IMG/VR virus record: IMGVR_UViG_3300049715_000002
Location: 1 to 41,273 of that record
From: a virus
Lineage: Duplodnaviria; Caudoviricetes
DNA: 41,273 bases
Reading direction: 5' to 3' (one strand)
Below the pieces are notes generated by a model. That model ran no database searches and was not told the DNA's origin. It worked only from the letters and a program-made list of their open reading frames with translations. Position 1 is the stretch's first letter, and each line of letters starts with the position of its first letter. The position numbers and the translations under genes are program-made. This document shows, piece after piece, positions 16,868-24,213 of the stretch.

Positions 16868-18323
16868 GAAGACGACGACGGGAACGGCGGGGCGCACACG
16901 AGTGGCGCTCTACCTGCGACTCAGCCGTGACACCGACAGCTCAGCCAGCATCGAGACCCAGCGGAACGCAGCGCACGCGTGGCTGACCGCAAACGGGCTC
17001 GCTGACGCTGAGATCACTGAGTACGTAGACGCTGGCGTGTCCGGCGCGAAGCCGCTTGAGGCCCGTAAGGGCATGGGTCAGCTTATGCGGGACGTCGAAC
17101 AGGGCGGGGCGGACGAGACAATAGTCATTGCATGGAAGCTGGACCGTTACGCACGTAGCGTGTCTGAGTTCCTGCGCCTGGTGGCATGGGGCGAACCGCG
17201 CAGGGTCCGGCTGGCCACGACAGACAACACGATCAACACGGCCACGCCTACCGGCCGCATGGTCGCTACCGTCCTCGCTGCGCTGGCCGAATGGGAACGG
17301 GAACTGATCCGGTCCCGCATCGTTGACGGACAGGCCACCCGACGCGCGCAGGGTCGATGGGGCGCCGGGAATCCGCCGTACGGCTACCGAATCATCTTCC
17401 GGGATGGCGCTGCATATCTGGAAATCAACGAAGAGCAAGCCGAAAAGATCAGGGCTGCTGTCGATGAATTGCTGAACAACGACGGTTCAGTAGCCAGTAC
17501 GGCGCGAATGGTCGACGTCTCAGAAGCACAATGGCGCCGACTGCTGAAATCACCCGCCCTGCGAGGACAGCGGAACCACAATGGCGAACTAGTCGTCGCT
17601 GAGGATGGCGTAACGCCCGTGCAATTCGCTGACCCCATCATCGGTGCCGCTGAGGTGAAGCGCATCGCTGCTCGGTTGGCCAAGCTGTCCACCGGCGAAC
17701 TGAAGGCACCTAGGGCAGGCGCGAACCTGTGCGACGGCATGGCGCGCTGTGCTGTCTGCGGCGGGCGACTGAACGGCGGAGTAGCCCAGAACGGCGAACG
17801 GCGCTATTCCTGCAAGATGGGTCACGCGTCCATCTATACGCGGGTGCTTGACGGGCGAGTCACTGAGGAATTCCTGACACGCTTCGGCAACTTCGCTGAG
17901 CATGTCGTACGGCTCGAAGGCGGCAACGATCTCAGCGACCAAATCGCAGAAGCTGAGGAACAGGCGAGCCGACTTGCTAAGCGCATGGCTACCGCCGGAC
18001 CGCTGATGCTTGGCTCGCTGGAGGAACTGAGCGCTGAGCTGGAAGCCGCGTACGCCGCTCTCAAGGCCGCACACGACCCGGACGTACGAGAGGTGCTCGA
18101 ACCCACTGGAAGGACGCTGGCGGTAGCTTGGGAGGCTCATCCGGGGTCACGTGGGCGCATGCTTGCCGACATGGGATTGCGCGTGGTGCTGAAGCGCTCA
18201 GGGCGTGGTCGGCTGACAGCGGAAGCCACGTTGGCCCGGCTCGACGTCTCATGGGCCGTAGGCGGGGACGATCAAGAGCTTGTGGAGTACCTGGGCGACC
18301 GTGAGGCGGACTTCACTGCGTAA
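16866..18323 (+). CDS. int: Large serine integrase
   Basis: YLRLS catalytic motif, SIETQR, DAGVSG, KLDRYAR, LAEWER, PPYGY, Zn ribbon CAVCG..YSC..H, coiled coil. Confidence 0.97.
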   Translation: MKTTTGTAGRTRVALYLRLSRDTDSSASIETQRNAAHAWLTANGLADAEITEYVDAGVSGAKPLEARKGMGQLMRDVEQGGADETIVIAWKLDRYARSVSEFLRLVAWGEPRRVRLATTDNTINTATPTGRMVATVLAALAEWERELIRSRIVDGQATRRAQGRWGAGNPPYGYRIIFRDGAAYLEINEEQAEKIRAAVDELLNNDGSVASTARMVDVSEAQWRRLLKSPALRGQRNHNGELVVAEDGVTPVQFADPIIGAAEVKRIAARLAKLSTGELKAPRAGANLCDGMARCAVCGGRLNGGVAQNGERRYSCKMGHASIYTRVLDGRVTEEFLTRFGNFAEHVVRLEGGNDLSDQIAEAEEQASRLAKRMATAGPLMLGSLEELSAELEAAYAALKAAHDPDVREVLEPTGRTLAVAWEAHPGSRGRMLADMGLRVVLKRSGRGRLTAEATLARLDVSWAVGGDDQELVEYLGDREADFTA

Positions 18324-18336
18324 CGGCTAGGTAAAC

Positions 18337-18370
18337 GGGCGGTCACGGGAAAGTCTCCGGGGCCGCCCTT
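18337..18370 (+). terminator. Hairpin after integrase
   Basis: GGGCGGTC...GGCCGCCC stem. Confidence 0.6.
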
Positions 18371-18426
18371 CGTCATGCCAGCGGGTAGGCGTGATGTAGC
18401 TAGCTAGCTGACACCCTCTCAGAACA

Positions 18427-18541
18427 CCACCTTTGACCAGCCAAAATGTAGAAGTGTAGAAGATGACCCTACTTCCGTAACCAACATAGGGTTTCTATAG
18501 GGATTCCAGAACCGACCCCACTTCCTACACTTCTACACACC
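18427..18541. repeat. ~115-bp origin-like element, copy 2
   Basis: Direct repeat of 1966-2079; 18488-18541 is identical to 2026-2079 (54 bp). Confidence 0.85.
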
Positions 18542-18566
18542 TTGACAAAACCTAAGTTTCTTGCTA

Positions 18567-18582
18567 GGCGTTCGAACCGCTC
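18567..18582 (+). promoter_or_regulatory. Phage-specific promoter motif heading the tRNA/late operon
   Basis: GGCGTTCGAACCGCTC. Confidence 0.75.
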
Positions 18583-18655
18583 TCTTATAGGTAGGGAGGT
18601 TGTTCCCGCGCATCAAGGCAACCCGATCCGGCGGTCTGAGGACCCTCCCTGAACG

Positions 18656-18705
18656 GCCCTGGTTGACTCCCATGCTCTCTCCCATGGTTGAGTCCCAGGG
18701 CTTTT
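18656..18705 (+). terminator. Terminator-like hairpin in the late leader
   Basis: GCCCTGG..GACTC.CCATG / CATGG..GAGTC.CCAGGGC plus TTTT. Confidence 0.65.
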
Positions 18706-18778
18706 GCTTGCGTAGCTCAGCGGTTAGAGCGCCCGCCTGTCGAGCGGATGGCCGCCGGTTCGAATCCGGTCGCGAGCG
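18706..18778 (+). tRNA. tRNA-Asp(GTC)
   Basis: Acceptor GCTTGCG/CGCGAGC, D arm GCTC/GAGC, loop CT-GTC-GA, T loop TTCGAAT. Confidence 0.92.
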
Positions 18779-18887
18779 CTGGTGCAGACAATAGGGCCGT
18801 GACTGGCGCGACGATATGCACCCTGGGCGAAACCGGCGCACCCTGGCTTGCTAGTCACAAGCAAAGTGCGCAGCGAGTAGCCCTCAA
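18779..18887 (+). ncRNA. Structured non-tRNA insert A
   Basis: Stems AGGGC/GCCCT and GTGACTGGC/GCTAGTCAC, pseudoknot GCGCAC/GTGCGC. Confidence 0.45.
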
Positions 18888-18960
18888 TGACACGTAGCTC
18901 AATGGGCAGAGCAGCGGGCTGTTACCCCGCAGGTTGCTGGTTCGAATCCAGCCGTGCCAG
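18888..18960 (+). tRNA. tRNA-Asn(GTT)
   Basis: Acceptor TGACACG/CGTGCCA (one A-C mismatch), GCGGG-CTGTTAC-CCCGC, TTCGAAT. Confidence 0.92.
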
Positions 18961-18965
18961 CACAT

Positions 18966-19036
18966 TTCGCGATCGTACAACGGCAGTACGCCGGGTTCTG
19001 GCCCCGGAAATTGTGGTTCGAATCCATGTCGCGAAG
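18966..19036 (+). tRNA. tRNA-Gln(CTG)
   Basis: TTCGCGA/TCGCGAA, GTAC/GTAC D stem, CCGGG-TTCTGGC-CCCGG. Confidence 0.92.
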
Positions 19037-19040
19037 CTCA

Positions 19041-19126
19041 TGCGCTGAGTCCTGGGAGACAAACGGGCCTGTAAAGCCTGTGCTGGCGACGGTCGGCTTG
19101 CTTGGTTCGATTCCAAGGCGGCGCAC
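19041..19126 (+). tRNA. tRNA-Tyr(GTA), atypical D arm
   Basis: ACGGGC-CTGTAAA-GCCTGT, long variable arm, CTTGG-TTCGATT-CCAAG, acceptor TGCGCTG/CGGCGCA. Confidence 0.75.
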
Positions 19127-19129
19127 TTC

Positions 19130-19211
19130 CCGCTGATGGTGGAATTGGGATACACGGCAGGCTTAGACCCTGCTGCCTTCGGGCTTGGGGGTTCGAGTCC
19201 CTCTCAGCGGA
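19130..19211 (+). tRNA. tRNA-Leu(TAG)
   Basis: CCGCTGA/TCAGCGG, GCAGG-CTTAGAC-CCTGC, variable arm GCC-TTCG-GGC. Confidence 0.92.
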
Positions 19212-19285
19212 CGGCGATGCCTGCGGAAACCCTTACTCCGCCTGGGTGGCTTCGGTCACGCTCGTAGTAGGCGAGCCTCGCGCTT
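19212..19285 (+). ncRNA. Structured non-tRNA insert B (tRNA-sized cloverleaf with UUCG loop)
   Basis: Hairpins GCGGA/TCCGC, GTGGC-TTCG-GTCAC, GCTCG-N7-CGAGC closed by GCGA.G/CTCGC. Confidence 0.5.
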
Positions 19286-19363
19286 GTGGGTGTGGTCCAG
19301 TTTGGCTAGGGCGCCTGGTTTGGGGCCAGGAAGACGCTGGTTCGAATCCAGCCACCCGCACCA
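19286..19363 (+). tRNA. tRNA-Pro(TGG) with encoded CCA
   Basis: GTGGGTG/CACCCGC, CCTGG-TTTGGGG-CCAGG, TTCGAAT, ACCA end. Confidence 0.92.
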
Positions 19364-19383
19364 CCTACCAACTTTGGTATGTC
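19362..19383. promoter_or_regulatory. Repressor operator overlapping the tRNA-Pro CCA
   Basis: CACCTACCAACTTTGGTATGTC. Confidence 0.8.
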
Positions 19384-19396
19384 CCCGGGAGGGCGT

Positions 19397-19885
19397 ATGA
19401 ACCCTTTGCCGGGTGATATTGGCCTGTGTCGCATATCCGGCACTACTGGCAGACTTGTTTCCGCTGGACAGTGTCTGATTGGTTCTGGCAGCTATTACAC
19501 GCACGCTTTCGTGTATGTGGGCGCTGGCGAAGTCATTCAGGCTGAACCTGGCGGAGCTAAGCGCGTTTTCCTGAGTGAAGCCCTGAACGGCAGACGCCGC
19601 GTGGCTTACAGCTCTTTCCCGCTGACGGATGCCCAGAGAGGCGCCATTGTGAGCGCTGCGGAATCGCTGATCGGCACTCCTTACAGCTATCTCGACTATG
19701 CAGCCATCGGCGCTGCCAGGCTCGCGCACATTGATGCGCTAGAGCGTTTTGTCGAAAACACCCATCACATGATTTGCAGTCAGCTAGTCGATGAATGCTA
19801 CCGGCGCGCTGGCATTGAGCTTTTCCCGAATCGCATTCCTGGTGACGTTGCGCCGGGCGATTTGGCCAGACTGATTGGGGCCTGA
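19397..19885 (+). CDS. Permuted NlpC/P60 papain-like amidase (YiiX/YaeF type)
   Basis: PGDIGL, THAFVYVG, IGTPYSY, ICSQLV (His before Cys), VAPGDL. Confidence 0.85.
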   Translation: MNPLPGDIGLCRISGTTGRLVSAGQCLIGSGSYYTHAFVYVGAGEVIQAEPGGAKRVFLSEALNGRRRVAYSSFPLTDAQRGAIVSAAESLIGTPYSYLDYAAIGAARLAHIDALERFVENTHHMICSQLVDECYRRAGIELFPNRIPGDVAPGDLARLIGA

Positions 19886-20213
19886 ATTGCCTGCCTGCGA
19901 CGCTTGTGAATCCAATGCGCTGGTGATGTGGCATCGTCGTCCTACTGCCGCTGAGCTTGAGTCGTACAACGTCATCGCTACGGCGTATGGCCTTGCTCCG
20001 CACATGCTTGGTACGGCTGACGATTGTCTGACGTCCGTATATGCGTGCGGCCAACATGCTATTTCCGGCGAACTAGGCGGGTTGATTCACCAGTCCACTT
20101 GCACTGGTCCTCATGGCACGGCATTGCCGAATTGCGATTGCCAGCCTGAGCCTGCGCCTGTGCCGGTGCCTGTGCCTGAGACGCCTAGCCCGGTCCTGCC
20201 GCCTGGTTGGTGA
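19875..20213 (+). CDS. Cys/His-rich hypothetical protein with Pro-rich tail
   Basis: CDAC, CGQH, HQSTC, CDC; packed between neighbours; start uncertain. Confidence 0.7.
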   Translation: MGPELPACDACESNALVMWHRRPTAAELESYNVIATAYGLAPHMLGTADDCLTSVYACGQHAISGELGGLIHQSTCTGPHGTALPNCDCQPEPAPVPVPVPETPSPVLPPGW

Positions 20214-20216
20214 GCC

Positions 20217-20555
20217 ATGGCTATGCGTCCGTGCCTGCGCTGTAAGCGACTAACCAGCAATCCATCCCGCTGCAATGCCTGTGCTGCTGAGTGGCAGGCG
20301 CAGCGAGATAAGCAGCGTGGTTCAGCTAGTAGCCGTGGCTATACCAGTAAGTACAGAGAACTAGCTAGGGCTGTGGTGGCAGAGCACAGGGCCAGCGTGG
20401 GAGATCACTGCCCAGGGTGGGGAGTGCCTGCCCATGGGGCTCAGGATCTCACGGTTGATCACGTCATCCCTCTAGCCGCTGGTGGCACCCATGACCGTGC
20501 CAACCTCCGTGTGCTGTGCAGGGGCTGCAATTCCCGGAAGCGTGACGCTCGGTAG
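20217..20555 (+). CDS. Packaging-associated HNH endonuclease (HK97 gp74-like)
   Basis: RPC..C, RGSASSRGY, TVDHVIPL..GG..NLRVLCRGCNSRK; directly before cos/terminase. Confidence 0.92.
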   Translation: MAMRPCLRCKRLTSNPSRCNACAAEWQAQRDKQRGSASSRGYTSKYRELARAVVAEHRASVGDHCPGWGVPAHGAQDLTVDHVIPLAAGGTHDRANLRVLCRGCNSRKRDAR

Positions 20556-20675
20556 TACCTACTGACCAGGCCTTTCCTGCTGGCACTGCATAGAAATGCG
20601 TGCCCAGTGGCCGAATCTTGCATATGTATGCGAGGCCGGGGGCGGGTCAATCTCCGAGCAAGATCGTTCCGGGGA

Positions 20676-20686
20676 CCCGGCCCCCA
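20676..20686. other. Putative cos (3' cohesive end) CCCGGCCCCCA
   Basis: In the non-coding gap between HNH and terS; resembles the phiC31 overhang as recalled (unverified). Confidence 0.5.
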
Positions 20687-20778
20687 TGGCTGAAGACACC
20701 GCTGCGAAATTCAGGGGGTGGGGGTTTGGCCTCAAAACGGCTTAGAAACAGCATAATTATGCGGGATCGGGGGCGAAA

Positions 20779-21249
20779 GTGGCGAATGTTGGTCGCCCAC
20801 CCGTTCCTACGGAGCGTAAGCGAAAACTCGGGAATCCCGGCGCGCGCCCGTTGCCTGATCCGGCCACTGTCCATGACGCTGTGCCGCTCACGGAGAGTGT
20901 TCCTGCGCATCTTGGTCCCGCTGGCGCAGAGCTGTACGTACGGATCCTAACAGGTGCCGCGTGGCTTGCAGAAACCGACCGGCCAACGCTTGAGCTGCTC
21001 TGCGAAAAGGTCGACCGGCGTGCGCAGATGAAAGACCAGCTTGCGCAATCCGATCTAGTGCTCTTCACGGACAAGTCATACGCCTATCCGAATCCGCTGG
21101 TCGGCATGCTGAGCACCATCGAGACGGAAATAGCGAAGCTCTTCAGCGCGCTGGGGCTTACGCCTACCGACCGAACCCGCATGGGGCTCGCTGAGGTAAA
21201 GGCCCGGAATGCCTTCGAAGACTTCCTAGCCAAGAAAGCCGCTACCTAG
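20779..21249 (+). CDS. terS: Terminase small subunit (P27 family)
   Basis: GRPPVPTERKRKLGNPG.R, YPNPLV, LGLTPTDR. Confidence 0.92.
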   Translation: MANVGRPPVPTERKRKLGNPGARPLPDPATVHDAVPLTESVPAHLGPAGAELYVRILTGAAWLAETDRPTLELLCEKVDRRAQMKDQLAQSDLVLFTDKSYAYPNPLVGMLSTIETEIAKLFSALGLTPTDRTRMGLAEVKARNAFEDFLAKKAAT

Positions 21250-21254
21250 CCAGG

Positions 21255-21276
21255 CACATACCAATTTTGGGGGGTG
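21255..21276. promoter_or_regulatory. Degenerate repressor operator
   Basis: CACATACCAATTTTGGGGGGTG. Confidence 0.6.
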
Positions 21277-21281
21277 GGTGC

Positions 21282-22796
21282 GTGAGTACGCCGTACCTAC
21301 TGACCCCGGTCACGGTAGAAGACGCCGATAGGGGGGACGGGAACGACTTCGTCACCTTCTCTGAATCCTTCCTTCGCATCACGAAGGACTCTGTAGGCGG
21401 TTCCAGCGGGTCTCTGCTCGAATTCCGGCCGTGGCAGCGTGAACTGTTCCGGCGACTGCTCGCCCGGCGCCCTGACGGACGGTACAAGCATCGTCAGGCG
21501 CTGGTCGGCATGCCCCGCAAGAACGGCAAGAGCGCTGTAGGTGCTGCGCTGGCCATCTTCGGACTCGTGTCCGGGCCCCGTGGTGGTGAGGTCTACTCGA
21601 TCGCTGCGGATAAGGAACAAGCGCGAATCGTCTTCGGCACTGCGAAGAAGATGATTGAGATGGCGCCGGAGATGGCGAACAGCTTCAACGTCTATCGCGA
21701 CGCCATTGAGCTACCGGCTACCGGATCGGTCTACCGGGTCCTCTCCGCTGAGGCATTCACGAAAGAGGGCTTGAACCCTCACCTCACGATTGCCGACGAA
21801 GTCCATGCACAGCCGACCCGTGAACTCTGGGACGTCATGTCGCTGGCTTCCGGCGCTCGTGTCGAACCCATGATGGTCGGCATCACCACGGCTGGCGTGA
21901 AGTCGGACAGCTCTGGTGGCGACAGCCTGTGTTACGGCATGTACCAGTACGGAGAGAAGATCGTACGGGGCGAGATTGAAGACCCGGCTTTCTACTTCGA
22001 GTGGTGGGGCGTTGCCGACGATGCCGACCACCGGGATCCCGATACGTGGGCCATGGCCAACCCTGGCCTTGACGACATTGTCTCGGTCGAAGACTTCCAT
22101 TCCTCGGTTCTGCGCACCCCTGAAGCTGAGTTCCGCACTAAGCGACTGAACCAATGGGTGAGTACCGCTCAGGCGTGGCTTCCCGCTGGTGCATGGGATG
22201 AGTGCGCCGGGGGAGAGGACATCGAGCCGGGTACTGAAGTGGTCTTGGGCTTCGATGGCTCGTTCAACAACGACAGCACGGCGCTTGTGGTGGTCACCTG
22301 CCCGCAGGGTGAGGATGAGAAGCCGCACATTGACGTCGTTGCAGCGTGGGAAAAGCCTACGGATGCCGCGCAAGACTGGTCGGTCCCCATTTTCGATGTT
22401 GAGGATGAGATCAGGAAGGCGTGCCGCAAGTGGCAAGTCCGCGAAATCGTCTGTGACCCGTTCCGCTGGGCGCGCACCTATCAGATCTTGGAGTCCGAAG
22501 GGCTTCCGATCGTGGAATTCCCGCAGTCGCCTGCGCGCATGGTTCCTGCAACGCAGCGCTACTACGAAGCCGTGTTGAACAAGACGCTGACGCAATCAGG
22601 TGACCCGCGCCTAGCGCGCCACCTTGCTAACTGCGTGCTGCGGACCGATTCGCGCGGCTCGCGCCTGTCCAAGGATGCCAAGGGAAGTCCCCGAAAAATC
22701 GACCTTGCCGTTTCCGCCGTGATGGCGCTGGAGCGTGCTTGCCAGGAACCCGAACCCGTACCCGTGCCCCAGTTCTTTTCGTGGGCTGACCTTTAA
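21282..22796 (+). CDS. terL: Terminase large subunit
   Basis: RPWQ, PRKNGKS, IADEVH, ITTAG, GFDGS..DST, KIDLAV. Confidence 0.97.
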   Translation: MSTPYLLTPVTVEDADRGDGNDFVTFSESFLRITKDSVGGSSGSLLEFRPWQRELFRRLLARRPDGRYKHRQALVGMPRKNGKSAVGAALAIFGLVSGPRGGEVYSIAADKEQARIVFGTAKKMIEMAPEMANSFNVYRDAIELPATGSVYRVLSAEAFTKEGLNPHLTIADEVHAQPTRELWDVMSLASGARVEPMMVGITTAGVKSDSSGGDSLCYGMYQYGEKIVRGEIEDPAFYFEWWGVADDADHRDPDTWAMANPGLDDIVSVEDFHSSVLRTPEAEFRTKRLNQWVSTAQAWLPAGAWDECAGGEDIEPGTEVVLGFDGSFNNDSTALVVVTCPQGEDEKPHIDVVAAWEKPTDAAQDWSVPIFDVEDEIRKACRKWQVREIVCDPFRWARTYQILESEGLPIVEFPQSPARMVPATQRYYEAVLNKTLTQSGDPRLARHLANCVLRTDSRGSRLSKDAKGSPRKIDLAVSAVMALERACQEPEPVPVPQFFSWADL

Positions 22797-22807
22797 GGGG
22801 GTTTCCC

Positions 22808-22972
22808 ATGAAAAAGCTAGGCGCGAAGCTAAGCCGCTCGTCTGCTGCCAACGTGCTTGGTCTGATCGGCGCCTGTGTCCTGGTGGACGCTGCATGGCGC
22901 TGGAACGCTACGGCCGGTCTTGCTGCGCTGGGTGTGCTGCTCGTCTTCGTCGGTTGGGCGGTTGACGAGTAA
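22808..22972 (+). CDS. 54-aa two-helix membrane protein (not in ORF track)
   Basis: MKKLGAK...NVLGLIGACVLVDAAWRWNATAGLAALGVLLVFVGWAVDE; TAATG coupled to portal. Confidence 0.75.
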   Translation: MKKLGAKLSRSSAANVLGLIGACVLVDAAWRWNATAGLAALGVLLVFVGWAVDE

Positions 22973-24213
22973 TGGGAGTCTTCACGCGTGTTGAGAAGCG
23001 CTTTTATGCCCCGTCGGGCGGAGGTGATCCGTGGGTAATTCCCAGCAACGGGAGCCTAGCTGCATATACAGCGTCTGGTGTCCCCGTGACCGACGAGACG
23101 GCAATGCAGCTTCTAGCTGTAGCTGCCTGCGTCCGACTGTTGAGCGATGCCGTGTCAGGTCTGCCATTCGACGCCGTGAAGGCGAAGGGGGAGATCCGGC
23201 AAACGATTGAGCCTCCGCCTGCCATCATCACTGACCCGTTTGGTGGGGCGACGTCCAGCGCGCTGCCTACACGGCGACAGGGCTTCGGCATGATGATGGT
23301 GAGCTTGCTCCTTCGCGGCAACGCCTACTGCCTTGTGCTGGCTCGTGACGCCTACGGCAGACCCTCCCGCTTGCGTGTGCTGCACCCCGATCGTGTTCAA
23401 GTCGAGTTCGACGCGTTCGGTCAGCGGAAGTACAAGATTGAGCGCCAGCCGGTGGACGCCAATGACGTGATTCACATCATGGGCATGGCCTATCCCGAAG
23501 CACCGACCGGCATGAGCGTTATCAGCTACGCCCGACAGTCCATTGGTCTGGGTCTAGCCGCTGAGGAGTTCGGCGCTCGCTTTTTTGGCGAGGGCGCGCA
23601 CATGACTGGCGTGGTTGAGATCGAAGCTGACCTAGACCGCGAACGCGCCCGGCAGATCAAGGAGAACTTTTCTGCCTCGCACGCTGGCCTGAAGAACTCC
23701 CACACGGTTGGTGTTCTCTCCGGCGGCGCGAAGTGGAAGCCGATCAGCGTCAGCCCGGAGGATGCCCAGTTCTTGGGCACTCGTGCTGCGCAGAACCTTG
23801 ATATAGCCATGATTTTCGGTATCCCGCCTCACATGCTTGGTCAGATCGATAAGACCACCAGTTGGGGAACCGGTATCGAGCAGCAAGGCCTAGGCTTCCT
23901 GGCCTACACGCTGTCCTCTTGGCTAGGCCGGTTCGAAGACGCGTGGTCGGCAATGCTTCCGCGCCCACAGTCCGCCCGCTTCAATGCTGACGCGCTGCTG
24001 CGCACCGATACGGCGGGCCGGTACGCGGTGTACTCCGCTGCTCGTTCCGCAGGCATCCTGACTCAGAACGAGATCAGGGCACTTGAGAACTTCGGCCCTG
24101 TGGACGGTGGCGACGATATCGCAGCGCCGCTGAACAGCAACGTGAAGCCTATGAAGGATAGCGAGGCCTCTCCTACGGCGCCGAAGGCTGACGCATTGGG
24201 GGCTGTCCTGTGA
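22972..24213 (+). CDS. Portal protein, HK97 family
   Basis: AVAACVRLLS, LLRGNAY, DAQFL, IFGIPPHMLG, NEIRALEN. Confidence 0.96.
   Translation: MGVFTRVEKRFYAPSGGGDPWVIPSNGSLAAYTASGVPVTDETAMQLLAVAACVRLLSDAVSGLPFDAVKAKGEIRQTIEPPPAIITDPFGGATSSALPTRRQGFGMMMVSLLLRGNAYCLVLARDAYGRPSRLRVLHPDRVQVEFDAFGQRKYKIERQPVDANDVIHIMGMAYPEAPTGMSVISYARQSIGLGLAAEEFGARFFGEGAHMTGVVEIEADLDRERARQIKENFSASHAGLKNSHTVGVLSGGAKWKPISVSPEDAQFLGTRAAQNLDIAMIFGIPPHMLGQIDKTTSWGTGIEQQGLGFLAYTLSSWLGRFEDAWSAMLPRPQSARFNADALLRTDTAGRYAVYSAARSAGILTQNEIRALENFGPVDGGDDIAAPLNSNVKPMKDSEASPTAPKADALGAVL

Noticed and set aside
18542-18570. Host promoter from TTGACA at 18542
   Set aside because: The correctly spaced -10 would be TAGGCG, lacking the conserved final T, so it is unsupported
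19130-19211. Amber suppressor tRNA or stop-codon recoding
   Set aside because: Anticodon UAG reads CUA (Leu); a suppressor would need anticodon CUA, and genes end normally at TAG
18779-19285. Canonical theta/HDV, hammerhead, twister or pistol ribozyme call for the inserts
   Set aside because: P1/P3 lengths and J4/2 do not fit the HDV consensus, and there is no CUGANGA/GAAA or twister core, so these are kept only as hypotheses
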